From Escherichia coli (GTDB taxonomy: Bacteria > Pseudomonadota > Gammaproteobacteria > Enterobacterales > Enterobacteriaceae), in NCBI RefSeq assembly GCF_044324785.1, contig NZ_CP172127.1: a DNA stretch of 64,000 nt; one strand, written 5' to 3'. This document shows, piece after piece, positions 29,765 through 40,924 of the stretch. The translations under genes and the position numbers were made by a program. The notes under the pieces were generated by a model. The model was not told the origin of the DNA, did no database searches, and worked only from the letters and a program-made list of their open reading frames with translations. Numbering within the stretch: position 1 is the stretch's first letter; every line of letters starts with the position of its first letter.

Positions 29765-30821
29765 GGCTTTGTTGAATAAATCAGATTTCGGGTAAGTCTC
29801 CCCCGTAGCGGGTTGTGTTTTCAGGCAATACGCACGCTTTCAGGCATACCTGCTTTCGTCATTTTGTTCAGCGCTCGTACCAGGGCCATAGCCTCCGCAA
29901 CCTGACCATCGTAGTCACGCAGCGTCAGTGAACCCCCGAACAGCTGTTTTACCCGGTACATCGCCGTTTCCGCTATCGAGCGACGGTTGTAATCTGTTGT
30001 CCATTTCCACCGCGCATTACTCCCGGTCATTCGCTGATTAGCCACTGCACGGTTACGGTCTGCATATTCACCGGGCCAGTAACCCGCACCTTTTCGGGGA
30101 GGGATAAGCGCGCTGATTTTCTTACGCCGCAGTTCATCGTGACATAGCCGGGTATCGTAAGCGCCATCGGCGGCGGCTGACCTGATTTTCCGGTGGGTTT
30201 GCCGGATTAACCCGGGGAAGGCCTCTGAGTCCGTAACGTTGTTCAGCGACAGGTCAGCGCAGATGATTTCATGTGTTTTACTGTCAACGGCGAGATGCAG
30301 CTTACGCCAGATACGGCGGCGTTCCTGGCCATGCTTTTTGACTTTCCACTCGCCTTCACCGAAGACCTTCAGCCCGGTGGAATCAATTACCAGGTGTGCG
30401 ATTTCACCCCGGGTGGGCGTTTTGAAACTGACATTAACCGACTTTGCCCGCCTGCTGACACAGCTGTAATCCGGGCAGCGTAGCGGAACGTTCATCAGAG
30501 AAAAAATGGAATCAATAAAGCCCTGCGCAGCCCGCAGGGTCAGCCTGAATACGCGTTTAATGACCAGCACAGTAGTGATGGCAAGGTCAGAATAGCGCTG
30601 AGGTCTGCCTCGTGAAGAAGGTGTTGCTGACTCATACCAGGCCTGAATAGCTTCATCATCCAGCCAGAAAGTTATGGAGCCACGGTTGATGAGGGCTTTA
30701 TTGTAGGTGGGCCAGTTGGTGATTTTGAACTTTTGCTTTGCCACGGAACGGTCTGCGTTGTCGGGAAGATACGTGATCTGATCCTTCAACTCAGCAAAAG
30801 TTCGATTTATTCAACAAAGCC
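29765..30821 (-). mobile_element. IS903-group insertion sequence (IS5 family), 1057 bp
   Basis: Perfect 18-bp terminal inverted repeats GGCTTTGTTGAATAAATC, 1057-bp length and 9-bp duplication typical of IS903/IS102. Confidence 0.9.
29821..30744 (-). CDS. IS903-type DDE transposase
   Basis: ORF inside the IS with DDE residues and YREK-like signature; probable GTG start giving 307 aa. Confidence 0.85.
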   Translation of the reverse strand: MAKQKFKITNWPTYNKALINRGSITFWLDDEAIQAWYESATPSSRGRPQRYSDLAITTVLVIKRVFRLTLRAAQGFIDSIFSLMNVPLRCPDYSCVSRRAKSVNVSFKTPTRGEIAHLVIDSTGLKVFGEGEWKVKKHGQERRRIWRKLHLAVDSKTHEIICADLSLNNVTDSEAFPGLIRQTHRKIRSAAADGAYDTRLCHDELRRKKISALIPPRKGAGYWPGEYADRNRAVANQRMTGSNARWKWTTDYNRRSIAETAMYRVKQLFGGSLTLRDYDGQVAEAMALVRALNKMTKAGMPESVRIA

Positions 30822-30830
30822 CCTACAGGC
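30822..30830. repeat. 9-bp target site duplication (CCTACAGGC), right copy
   Basis: Direct repeat of 29756-29764. Confidence 0.8.
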
Positions 30831-31642
30831 GAAGCGCGTTCTGTCTAAAAATCTCACTTTCCAGTACAAAAGCAGTGCGTTTCAGGTACGCAGTGAGGGC
30901 CGGGGATATCGACTTAGGCATTCGGTTGTTACTGTATGCGAGAACTTTGACGGTGAAATTAACGTTCTGTATGACGGGAAAGCGCTGGGCTGGGAAAAGT
31001 ATGTTGATGGCCCGGAGCCTATACCACTGGATGATGAAAAGAGTGTCCATGAACGAGTGGATAATGCCCGTATTGATTTACGCTCAAAATACTATGTTAA
31101 ACCTAAAGCTGACCATCCCTGGCTTACGCGCCGAACGCAAAGTCATCAGCAAGTTAAGCCCCCGAAGTTACCTAAAAAGAAGCCTGATCCCGATAAAAAA
31201 GATTGAAACCAAGATCGATTCGGTTGAGTGCATATCCATTCATAGGGTAGATTCTTAAGTCGCGTTTCTGGTGTTCATTTTCGGGTGGTTTGTTACTTGT
31301 TTTACCGGGGATATGCCAGAAACGCGCTGAGTCAGTCTGGGCGGTGCGCGTAATGAGGCGTTATGGTAAATAGCCTATGCTAATGTCCGCTAAGAGCAAG
31401 AAGCGGAAGTTGGCAGTTTTGTGGACTGTCCCCACAAATGTGACTACAGAAATAGTTGCAATTCATAATTGATCATGGGTTGTCAGTTAAACTCGTGGCG
31501 ATTTAAATAGACTAATTGGGAGTGCGTCCATTACTTATATCTTGTAATGTTAACTATCAGAAATGATACAAAGATAATATGTCTTTAAAGAAAAGGCTGA
31601 TGGCGAAAAGTGGCCCGATGAGGGCCACAATACGGCTGTCAC

Positions 31643-31975
31643 TTAGACGTAAATATCAATGGTGCCAGCGGTATTTGTATCGTCTTTTTTCTCTTCTTTT
31701 TTATCAGGCTGAACTGTCGCGTCTTTATTCTTTTTCTCTGCCTGCTGCCTTAACAACTGCTCCAGTTGAGCCCTGAGGCTTTCAATTTGCTTCTGTACCA
31801 ATGCAGCCATTTCTTTTTTCTGCTGTGTCGTCATCCCCTCTTCCGATGAGATTTTCCCAAGCTTTTCAGTCAGCACCTGAATTTGTCTTGTGATTTTGGC
31901 TATTTCTGATGTTCCTTCCGGGGCGGAGTTGTTTGAAATAACGGTTGAGGTATTTCCCTGAATTGTGACAGACAT
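31643..31975 (-). CDS. flxA: FlxA (sigma-28-dependent prophage protein)
   Basis: 110 aa MSVTIQGNTSTVISNNSAPEG... matches recalled FlxA. Confidence 0.9.
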   Translation of the reverse strand: MSVTIQGNTSTVISNNSAPEGTSEIAKITRQIQVLTEKLGKISSEEGMTTQQKKEMAALVQKQIESLRAQLEQLLRQQAEKKNKDATVQPDKKEEKKDDTNTAGTIDIYV

Positions 31976-31999
31976 AGATTTCTCCTTTTAAAAAAGCAC

Positions 32000-32026
32000 T
32001 ATCGGCATGCACAAAAAAATCTTTAA
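32000..32026 (-). promoter_or_regulatory. sigma-28 (FliA) promoter for flxA
   Basis: Minus strand TAAAGATT-N11-GCCGATAG against consensus TAAAGTTT-N11-GCCGATAA, about 25 bp upstream of the flxA start. Confidence 0.65.
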
Positions 32027-32177
32027 TCGTATTTCTTGTGTCATTAATTGTTTGATGTTCAGATTGTTTTCCTCGCGGGCTGGCGCGCCTCAGAAAGTAA
32101 AGCTTGTTGACAGGGGTAAACGTTCGGCAATAATTTTCTGCCGCATGCGGGTGTTGCATAAAACGTGCTACGTTCCT

Positions 32178-32483
32178 TTATCGACAGGTCAGGTCACCGC
32201 TCACCCGCCGACGAGAAAGCAACACTGACATGCTAAAGCAAAAAATAGATGAATAAGTTGAGTTGTGCATATGTAGCCTGACCGTCACAAAGTATATGGT
32301 GTCTGTACCAGTAAGATGATGGCCGGACTCTTTAAAAACGAGCTGACCTGCACAATACAGGATGGACTTAGCAATGGCTGCTCCTGGCACAAAGCGGACA
32401 GTGATCACCGTTCTTACGACTACTTTCTGACTTCCTTCGTGACTTGCCCTAAGCATGTTGTAGTGCGATACTTGTAATGACAT
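32178..32483 (-). CDS. ydfV: hypothetical protein at the YdfV position
   Basis: 101-aa ORF between flxA and relB. Confidence 0.55.
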   Translation of the reverse strand: MSLQVSHYNMLRASHEGSQKVVVRTVITVRFVPGAAIAKSILYCAGQLVFKESGHHLTGTDTIYFVTVRLHMHNSTYSSIFCFSMSVLLSRRRVSGDLTCR

Positions 32484-32507
32484 TTGTAATTACAAGAGGT
32501 GTAAGAC

Positions 32508-32747
32508 ATGGGTAGCATTAACCTGCGTATTGACGATGAACTTAAAGCGCGTTCTTACGCCGCGCTTGAAAAAATGGGTGTAACTCCTTCTGAAGCGCTT
32601 CGTCTCATGCTCGAGTATATCGCTGACAATGAACGCTTGCCGTTCAAACAGACACTCCTGAGTGATGAAGATGCTGAACTTGTGGAGATAGTGAAAGAAC
32701 GGCTTCGTAATCCTAAGCCAGTACGTGTGACGCTGGATGAACTCTGA
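32508..32747 (+). CDS. relB: RelB antitoxin
   Basis: 79 aa MGSINLRIDDELKARSYAALEKMGVTPSEALR... matches recalled RelB. Confidence 0.9.
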   Translation: MGSINLRIDDELKARSYAALEKMGVTPSEALRLMLEYIADNERLPFKQTLLSDEDAELVEIVKERLRNPKPVRVTLDEL

Positions 32748-33034
32748 TGGCGTATTTTCTGGATTTTGACGAGCGGGCACTAAAGGAATGGCGAAAGCTG
32801 GGCTCGACGGTACGTGAACAGTTGAAAAAGAAGCTGGTTGAAGTACTTGAGTCACCCCGGATTGAAGCAAACAAGCTCCGTGGTATGCCTGATTGTTACA
32901 AGATTAAGCTCCGGTCTTCAGGCTATCGCCTTGTATACCAGGTTATAGACGAGAAAGTTGTCGTTTTCGTGATTTCTGTTGGGAAAAGAGAACGCTCGGA
33001 AGTATATAGCGAGGCGGTCAAACGCATTCTCTGA
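32747..33034 (+). CDS. relE: RelE mRNA-interferase toxin
   Basis: 95 aa MAYFLDFDERALKEWRKLGSTVREQLKKKL..., start overlaps the relB stop. Confidence 0.9.
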   Translation: MAYFLDFDERALKEWRKLGSTVREQLKKKLVEVLESPRIEANKLRGMPDCYKIKLRSSGYRLVYQVIDEKVVVFVISVGKRERSEVYSEAVKRIL

Positions 33035-33105
33035 ACCAAAGCATGACATCTCTGTTTCGCACCGAAGGTGACACTTCTGCTTTGCGTTGACAGGAGAAGC
33101 AGGCT

Positions 33106-33261
33106 ATGAAGCAGCAAAAGGCGATGTTAATCGCCCTGATCGTCATCTGTTTAACCGTCATAGTGACGGCACTGGTAACGAGGAAAGACCTCTGCGAGGT
33201 ACGAATCCGAACCGGCCAGACGGAGGTCGCTGTCTTCACAGCTTACGAACCTGAGGAGTAA
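33106..33261 (+). CDS. hokD: Hok-family membrane toxin HokD (RelF)
   Basis: Manual translation MKQQKAMLIALIVICLTVIVTALVTRKDLCEVRIRTGQTEVAVFTAYEPEE, 51 aa, below the ORF-track cutoff. Confidence 0.85.
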   Translation: MKQQKAMLIALIVICLTVIVTALVTRKDLCEVRIRTGQTEVAVFTAYEPEE

Positions 33262-33477
33262 GAGACCCGGCGGGGGAGAAATCCCTCGCCACCTCTGATG
33301 TGGCAGGCATCCTCAACGCACCCGCACTTAACCCGCTTCGGCGGGTTTTTGTTTTTATTTTCAACGCGTTTGAAGTTCTGGACGGTGCCGGAATAGAATC
33401 AAAAATACTTAAGTAGCGCGCAGGGATAAGAGGGATGGTCCCTTAAAGGGGAGAGCTAATTATCCGGAAGGATTCTG

Positions 33478-33729
33478 ATGATGAACATCGAAGAACTGCG
33501 TAAAATTTTTTGTGAAGATGGCCTCTATGCTGTGTGCGTTGAAAATGGAAATCTTGTTAGTCATTACCGCATTATGTGTTTGCGAAAGAATGGGGCTGCG
33601 TTAATTAATTTTGTGGATGCTCGGGTCACGGACGGATTTATCTTGCGCGAAGGTGAGTTTGTCACTTCATTACAGGCATTGAAAGAGATCGGAATAAAAG
33701 CTGGCTTTTCTGCTTTTTCAGGAGAATAA
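33478..33729 (+). CDS. rem: Rem protein (function unknown)
   Basis: 83-aa ORF after relBE-hokD as in Qin. Confidence 0.7.
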   Translation: MMNIEELRKIFCEDGLYAVCVENGNLVSHYRIMCLRKNGAALINFVDARVTDGFILREGEFVTSLQALKEIGIKAGFSAFSGE

Positions 33730-33795
33730 ACTCATCTACAATCTTGCGCGGGGCTGAACTCCCGCTGAGTAACACCGTGCCACCGGAGAAAACCG

Positions 33796-34074
33796 ATGGC
33801 ACGCAACGCAAAATATTACAATTCTGATAATTCGCCCGTTCTTGCCTGCACGCACGGGCGGTATTCTCACGCATTCAAGTCTGAATGGTTCCAGCACCCT
33901 CCATGCACTGCAGAACAGGCCGAATGGCTGATTCATTCTTACCGCAGGCGCGGGTTCGAGGTTAAGAAAGCTCTCAGTCTCGACTATCGGCACTGGATAA
34001 TCTCTGTCAGGCTGCCTTATTCCGAACGCCCACCACGTGCGTCCCGCACTTTCCAGCAACGGATCTGGAGGTAA
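33796..34074 (+). CDS. hypothetical ORF, possibly the frameshifted 5-prime part of ydfU
   Basis: 92-aa ORF overlapping the next ORF start by 38 nt in another frame. Confidence 0.35.
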   Translation: MARNAKYYNSDNSPVLACTHGRYSHAFKSEWFQHPPCTAEQAEWLIHSYRRRGFEVKKALSLDYRHWIISVRLPYSERPPRASRTFQQRIWR

Positions 34075-35125
34075 CGTGCGGGTATTACTTAGACCTGTTC
34101 TGGTGCCTGAGCTTGGGCTGGTGGTCCTTAAGCCGGGCCGTGAATCCATACAGATATTTCATAATCCTCGAGTGCTGGTGGAACCGGAACCAAAAAGCAT
34201 GCGTAATCTGCCATCCGGAGTCGTTCCTGCCGTTCGCCAGCCGCTGGCGGAAGACAAAACATTGCTGCCGTTTTTTAGTAACGAACGGGTGATTCGTGCT
34301 GCTGGCGGCGTTGGCGCATTGTCCGACTGGCTATTACGTCATGTTACATCCTGCCAGTGGCCTAATGGCGATTACCATCACACTGAAACAGTCATTCACC
34401 GTTATGGTACCGGCGCAATGGTGTTGTGCTGGCACTGCGACAACCAACTGCGTGACCAGACATCGGAATCACTGGAGCTGCTTGCTCAACAAAATCTGAC
34501 AGCATGGGTGATTGACGTCATCCGTCACGCAATAAGCGGTACGCAGGAGCGGGAATTATCTTTGGCTGAATTATCCTGGTGGGCGGTCTGCAATCAGGTG
34601 GTGGATGCACTACCTGAGGCTGTATCGCGTCGTTCGCTGGGATTACCAGCGGAAAAAATCTGCTCGGTGTACCGCGAAAGCGACATCGTACCGGGAGAGC
34701 AGACCGCCACCAGCATATTGAAACAACGCACAAAAAATCTTGCACCGTTGCCTTACGCCCACCAGCAACAAAAATCACCACAGGAAAAGACGGTGGTAAG
34801 CATCACCGTTGATCCAGAGTCTCCGGAATCTTTCATGAAGCTGCCTAAACGTCGCCGCTGGGTTAAGGAGAAATACACACGTTGGGTTAAGACACAGCCG
34901 TGTGCTTGCTGCGGTATGCCAGCCGACGATCCGCATCATCTGATTGGTCACGGGCAGGGCGGAATGGGAACAAAAGCACATGATCTCTTTGTGTTGCCTT
35001 TGTGCAGAAAGCATCACAACGAGCTGCATACGGATACAGTGGCATTTGAAGATAAGTATGGCTCCCAACTGGAGCTGATATTTCGTTTTATCGATCGCGC
35101 GCTGGCAATTGGCGTACTGGCGTAA
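34037..35125 (+). CDS. ydfU: DUF968/HNH-like phage protein YdfU
   Basis: 362 aa with C-terminal Cys/His cluster (CACCGMPADDPHHL...CRKHHNELH). Confidence 0.65.
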   Translation: MRPALSSNGSGGNVRVLLRPVLVPELGLVVLKPGRESIQIFHNPRVLVEPEPKSMRNLPSGVVPAVRQPLAEDKTLLPFFSNERVIRAAGGVGALSDWLLRHVTSCQWPNGDYHHTETVIHRYGTGAMVLCWHCDNQLRDQTSESLELLAQQNLTAWVIDVIRHAISGTQERELSLAELSWWAVCNQVVDALPEAVSRRSLGLPAEKICSVYRESDIVPGEQTATSILKQRTKNLAPLPYAHQQQKSPQEKTVVSITVDPESPESFMKLPKRRRWVKEKYTRWVKTQPCACCGMPADDPHHLIGHGQGGMGTKAHDLFVLPLCRKHHNELHTDTVAFEDKYGSQLELIFRFIDRALAIGVLA

Positions 35126-35138
35126 GTGGAGAACGAGC

Positions 35139-35891
35139 ATGAACCTTGAAGCCTTACCAAAATATTACTCCCCAAAATCTCCAAAATTGAGCGATGACGC
35201 TCCAGCGACAGGCACCGGTTGTTTAACAATTACGGATGTAATGGCAGCGCAGGGGATGGTGCAGTCGAAAGCACCACTTGGGTTGGCCTTATTTCTGGCA
35301 AAAGTTGGTGTTCAGGACCCCCAGTTTGCGATTGAAGGCCTGCTAAATTACGCGATGGCACTGGATAACCCGACATTGAACAAATTGAGTGAAGAAATCC
35401 GGTTACAGATTATTCCTTACCTCGTGAGTTTTGCCTTTGCTGATTACTCCAGGTCTGCGGCAAGTAAGGCTCGCTGTGAGCATTGTTCAGGTACGGGATT
35501 TTATAATGTATTGCGCGAAGTGGTGAAACACTACAGACGCGGGGAATCTGTAATCAAGGAAGAATGGGTGAAGGAACTATGTCAGCATTGCCATGGTAAG
35601 GGCGAAGCCAGCACAGCGTGCAGAGGGTGTAAGGGTAAAGGGATTGTTCTGGATGAAAAAAGAACCCGGTTTCATGGCGTACCGGTATATAAGATTTGTG
35701 GGCGTTGTAATGGAAACCGGTTTAGTCGTTTACCGACCACGCTGGCACGACGTCATGTCCAGAAGCTGGTACCAGACCTGACCGATTATCAGTGGTATAA
35801 GGGGTATGCGGACGTCATTGGTAAACTGGTAACAAAGTGCTGGCAGGAAGAAGCATACGCGGAAGCGCAATTGAGGAAGGTGACAAGATAA
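35139..35891 (+). CDS. quuQ: late-gene antiterminator Q-like protein
   Basis: About 250 aa with zinc-binding Cys clusters (CEHCSGTG, CQHCHGKG, CRGCKGKG, CGRCNG) upstream of the lysis genes. Confidence 0.8.
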   Translation: MNLEALPKYYSPKSPKLSDDAPATGTGCLTITDVMAAQGMVQSKAPLGLALFLAKVGVQDPQFAIEGLLNYAMALDNPTLNKLSEEIRLQIIPYLVSFAFADYSRSAASKARCEHCSGTGFYNVLREVVKHYRRGESVIKEEWVKELCQHCHGKGEASTACRGCKGKGIVLDEKRTRFHGVPVYKICGRCNGNRFSRLPTTLARRHVQKLVPDLTDYQWYKGYADVIGKLVTKCWQEEAYAEAQLRKVTR

Positions 35892-36312
35892 ATGATTTTT
35901 GCTGAAGATGGCGACATGATGTTTGCATTTTTCAAAAAATATGGATAAAATTTTTTCAACGATGGGCTTTGTATACCCGACGTTAAGAAAAAGTAGAAAA
36001 CCCGCTGATGAGCGGGTTTTGTGCTTTAAATGGGGCAATGGTAATGTTGAATCTCATCCCGGGACTCATGTCTGTTAACTTATTATTTAGCTGGTGACTT
36101 GGTTATTTGCCTGATGTTTAAAATGTTTTCTTCCAGTACAATGTCCCTAAACACAATGAGTCTGCTTATTATATTATTAGCAGAGCTATTACGGCCAAAG
36201 TACAGCATAAGCTTTTAAAGCCAATCAACCAGTCATCAAGACAGACGGGGTTATTCATAAAAACTCTCCATGTGTGATCCGATGGGGCCTGAAATTAAAG
36301 CTTTAATATAGC

Positions 36313-36525
36313 TCATGAAAGGTAAACATTGGCAGCTGAAGGGCCACGCAGACCATTTATCCGGCAAAATTCCACGCGTAATCCGGTGGTAATTTCTTCT
36401 GCATCGCGGAGATTGAGCGCTGAGACATGAAGCTGGACATCGATACGACCATCGGATGGGGTGATAAGACCCTTGCCGCTTTTGCCGTCAAAGGTTTTGA
36501 CAATTCCTGTCATTTTACGGGACAA
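36313..36525 (-). CDS. cspF: cold-shock-domain protein CspF
   Basis: 70-aa CSD ORF, divergent type. Confidence 0.85.
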
Positions 36526-36825
36526 AAAAATTCCTTAATACTGATAACTTGGCGCACTATACACACGTTCCTGAAGAAAGCTATAGTTTTTTGATGGGGT
36601 TGAAGATGGCTGGATGTCTAAAATAAACATTGCTTCATATGTTCAACTATGCGTTAATGATTGCGTCGGTTTGAAGAACAGACGATATACGAAGTAGTTT
36701 ACTAAAGCAGTTCTCATTTCAGGTGTTATTCACTTATTCCTTCTTTGAGTCTCTCCAATTAAGTACGAAGTCGTTTCTGTTATGCAAACCATTTATGCCG
36801 AAAGGCTCAAGTTAAGGAATGTAGA

Positions 36826-37041
36826 ATGTCAAATAAAATGACTGGTTTAGTAAAATGGTTTAACGCTGATAAAGGTTTCGGCTTTATTTCTCCTGTTGAT
36901 GGTAGTAAAGATGTGTTTGTGCATTTTTCTGCGATTCAGAATGATAATTATCGAACCTTATTTGAAGGTCAAAAGGTTACCTTCTCTATAGAGAGTGGTG
37001 CTAAAGGTCCTGCAGCAGCAAATGTCATCATTACTGATTAA
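36826..37041 (+). CDS. cspB: cold-shock protein CspB
   Basis: 71 aa [23 protein letters not shown] with RNP motifs. Confidence 0.9.
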   Translation: MSNKMTGLVKWFNADKGFGFISPVDGSKDVFVHFSAIQNDNYRTLFEGQKVTFSIESGAKGPAAANVIITD

Positions 37042-37322
37042 AATTCATCGCTCGTCTGTATACGATAACGAAGAAGGCTGATGCCTGAGTAGAGATACGG
37101 ACAGAGTAGTGAATATTGGATCTCTTTAATAAAAAGTAAGGAGGTCCAATACATGAAACAATGGCTAGCATATTTGGCAAAATCTTAATCAGGAAAAGTA
37201 TGCTAACCATTGTGGTGAAGTGCAGGTTTGCTGCATGAATAGTTTTACAGCAGAAGCTAACTGCTGGCATGGCAAAACAAAGTGCGTAAGTGGATGACTC
37301 CCACAAAAAGCACCACAATCTC

Positions 37323-37346
37323 AAACCCGCTCAGGCGGGTTTTTTA
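37323..37346 (+). terminator. intrinsic terminator after cspB
   Basis: aaacccgc-tcag-gcgggttt hairpin followed by a T-run. Confidence 0.6.
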
Positions 37347-37794
37347 TTATCTGCTTTAAATATATTATTAAAATATAAAAAATACTTGTTACTAATAAAA
37401 TCAATCAGGCTACAGCTTTAAGATTTGTCTGGAATACTTTGTTGCAATGAGGGCAGATCAAAAGGGCACCTTTTTGTACTCTTGAAAAACTGTGTTCTGA
37501 CTCTTGGGTGCAGTTTGGGCAGGAACATTTAACGAGATAATTACGGCGTGATTTTGAGTTTTTACGTTCTGACATAGGCTTTTCCTGTATAAATGGCCGT
37601 ATACAGTACACTAAATATGAAAACATTTCTCGTATTATTATTTTATATATGACTTTCTTTCAAAATAATTACCCACATTTTTAATGTGTATGTTTTTTTA
37701 GCGCCGTTGAGAACAACGTGTGCTGTCAAAACTACCCCGTAGACTCCGATCTTTTCAAACATATTGCACCATCCGTGTACATCGGGGTGAGGAT

Positions 37795-38010
37795 ATGAAA
37801 TCAATGGATAAGTTAACAACAGGTGTTGCCTATGGCACATCGGCGGGTAATGCTGGTTTCTGGGCATTGCAGTTACTCGATAAAGTAACTCCGTCACAGT
37901 GGGCTGCAATCGGTGTGCTGGGTAGCCTGGTTTTTGGCCTGCTGACGTATCTGACAAATCTTTATTTCAAGATTAAAGAAGACAGGCGTAAGGCTGCGAG
38001 AGGAGAGTAA
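37795..38010 (+). CDS. essQ: phage holin
   Basis: 71 aa from MKSMDKL with hydrophobic helices and a charged C-terminus, first gene of the lysis cassette. Confidence 0.8.
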   Translation: MKSMDKLTTGVAYGTSAGNAGFWALQLLDKVTPSQWAAIGVLGSLVFGLLTYLTNLYFKIKEDRRKAARGE

Positions 38011-38014
38011 TCCA

Positions 38015-38322
38015 ATGACTCAAGACTATGAACTGGTTGTGAAAGGAGTCCGTAATTTTGAGAATAAAGTTACGGTAACTGTAGCCTTACAGGACAAAGA
38101 ACGCTTTGACGGTGAAATTTTTGACCTGGATGTCGCCATGGACCGTGTTGAAGGAGCTGCGCTGGAGTTTTATGAGGCAGCAGCCAGAAGGAGCGTCCGG
38201 CAAGTCTTCCTGGAAGTAGCAGAAAAATTGTCAGAAAAAGTTGAGTCTTATCTGCAGCATCAGTACTCCTTTAAGATTGAAAATCCTGCCAATAAGCACG
38301 AGCGTCCTCATCATAAATATAT

Positions 38323-38326
<4 letters not shown>
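38015..38326 (+). CDS. ydfR: DUF1327 phage protein YdfR
   Basis: 103-aa ORF between holin and endolysin. Confidence 0.7.
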
Positions 38327-39350
<1,024 letters not shown>

Positions 39351-39713
39351 GGTAATATTAAATCGGAACATTTACATCGCGGAATGTAAAATTTAAATAA
39401 AAAGGACTCTTCCATGAGCCAAAATTCCTGAAATCTTAAGGGTAAGATAAAAGGTCTTAATCAGAATGACACGTTATTATTAATAAATAAAGCTATTCTT
39501 TCATTGCTGTGTTTTTCTTTACAAAAGTAATCCTTGCTATGGGTGGTTAATCATGCGTTAATGGTGTTCTGGTTTGTTACAAATTTATCTGAAGCAGTCA
39601 TTGTTATAATTTTATTATTTGTACCTCTTGAGATTTCCTTGTTGGTTTTTCTCTCTGATATTTTTTTTCGGACCATTCTGCCCAAGGGCTAATTTCTTCA
39701 AAAGGTAATAATT

Positions 39714-39926
39714 ATGTCTAACAAAATGACTGGTTTAGTGAAATGGTTTAACCCTGAAAAAGGTTTTGGTTTCATCACGCCGAAAGATGGCAGCAAAGAT
39801 GTGTTTGTCCATTTCTCAGCAATTCAGAGCAACGATTTCAAAACATTAACTGAGAATCAGGAAGTTGAATTTGGTATTGAGAACGGACCTAAAGGTCCTG
39901 CCGCTGTTCATGTAGTGGCGCTTTGA
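39714..39926 (+). CDS. cspI: cold-shock protein CspI
   Basis: 70 aa [23 protein letters not shown]. Confidence 0.9.
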   Translation: MSNKMTGLVKWFNPEKGFGFITPKDGSKDVFVHFSAIQSNDFKTLTENQEVEFGIENGPKGPAAVHVVAL

Positions 39927-40133
39927 GGTAGACAATATTACAAACCATATTCACTTTAGATGCCCGTGTTGTCATGGTTCCCAGTATAGAACATCATCTT
40001 TTGATGTTTCTGACATGAATCCTTTCGGGGCAAAATGTATCTTTTGTAAATCAATGATGATTACATTTGATAATATTTCACAATACTTAAATGCCAGCCG
40101 TCTGTCGTTGGATTTAAAAAAGTGAAAATGAAG

Positions 40134-40153
40134 GCTCCTTCGGGAGCTTTTTT
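40134..40153 (+). terminator. intrinsic terminator after cspI
   Basis: gctcc-ttcg-ggagc hairpin with UUCG loop and T6 run. Confidence 0.55.
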
Positions 40154-40197
40154 GCTTGGTATCTATTCGATGGATACTCACATACTACGGTAACATC

Positions 40198-40428
40198 ATG
40201 AAAAAAATCATAGTTTTTTTTAACTCTGAACCTGCAGTGGTAGTGCCAGCGATGACTGGAGTTAACACCATCATGCGTGAATATCCAAATGGCGAAAAAA
40301 CACACCTTACTGTAATGGCCGCAGGGTTTCCATCTCTGACCGGAGATCATAAAGTCATTTATGTAGCCGCGGATCGACATGTTACTTCAGAAGAAATTCT
40401 GGAAGCAGCAATAAGGCTCTTGAGTTGA
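40198..40428 (+). CDS. ynfN: small prophage protein at the YnfN position
   Basis: ORF beginning MKKIIVFFNSEPAVVVPAMTGV. Confidence 0.55.
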   Translation: MKKIIVFFNSEPAVVVPAMTGVNTIMREYPNGEKTHLTVMAAGFPSLTGDHKVIYVAADRHVTSEEILEAAIRLLS

Positions 40429-40600
40429 TTTGATGCTATTGTATTGATAATTCAGGAAAATTTTCTTTGTCTGTTTGTGTAAAATTTAGACTATCGTATG
40501 TTGATTATTGCGATGTTTCATCTTATCTTTTACACGTTTGCACCATATAATCGACTTACTGTGTAACTGGAAAGTCATAACAGACTAAAAGAGGAAATGA

Positions 40601-40774
40601 TGAATATTGAAAACTTAAAAACAAAAGCAGAAGCAGATATTTCTGAATATATAACAAAAAAAATTATTGAACTTAAGAAAAAGACCGGGAAAGAAGTTAC
40701 CAGTATTCAGTTTACCGCACGGGAAAAAATGACGGGTCTTGAAAGCTATGATGTCAAGATTAATTTAATCTGAT
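40601..40774 (+). CDS. gnsB: GnsB
   Basis: 57 aa MNIENLKTKAEADISEY...REKMTGLESYDVKINLI, Gns-family, manual translation. Confidence 0.8.
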
Positions 40775-40924
40775 GTATTCAATAATAAAATTTATCCATA
40801 AACCTCGTTTTTACGGGGTTTTGTTATATTTGAATGGTTCCGAATATCTAAATCACAATTGTTGATGGTTTTTATTAAACCAATGCAGTCCGGCTCAGGA
40901 GTGAGAGAAGCCGGACGTTATGGT

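Larger units (their letters stand above)
28799..31206 (+). pseudogene. rve-domain DDE transposase (ISNCY/IS481-like), frameshifted and split by the IS903-type insertion
   Basis: N-terminal HTH part 28799-29170; frame change at G6 run 29155-29160; catalytic core 29208-29764; C-terminus resumes in-frame at 30831-31206. Confidence 0.7.

Noticed and set aside
28735-31450. Terminal inverted repeats of the outer rve-transposase element
   Set aside because: Only short same-orientation TGTCCCCA motifs found near both presumed ends; no convincing inverted repeat pair, so boundaries are left undefined
35998-36019. Hairpin aaacccgct-gatg-agcgggttt between quuQ and cspF as a late-operon terminator
   Set aside because: Plus-strand 3-prime flank is not a clean T-run and it is about 300 bp from the cspF stop; assignment to either strand is ambiguous, so it is not called as a feature
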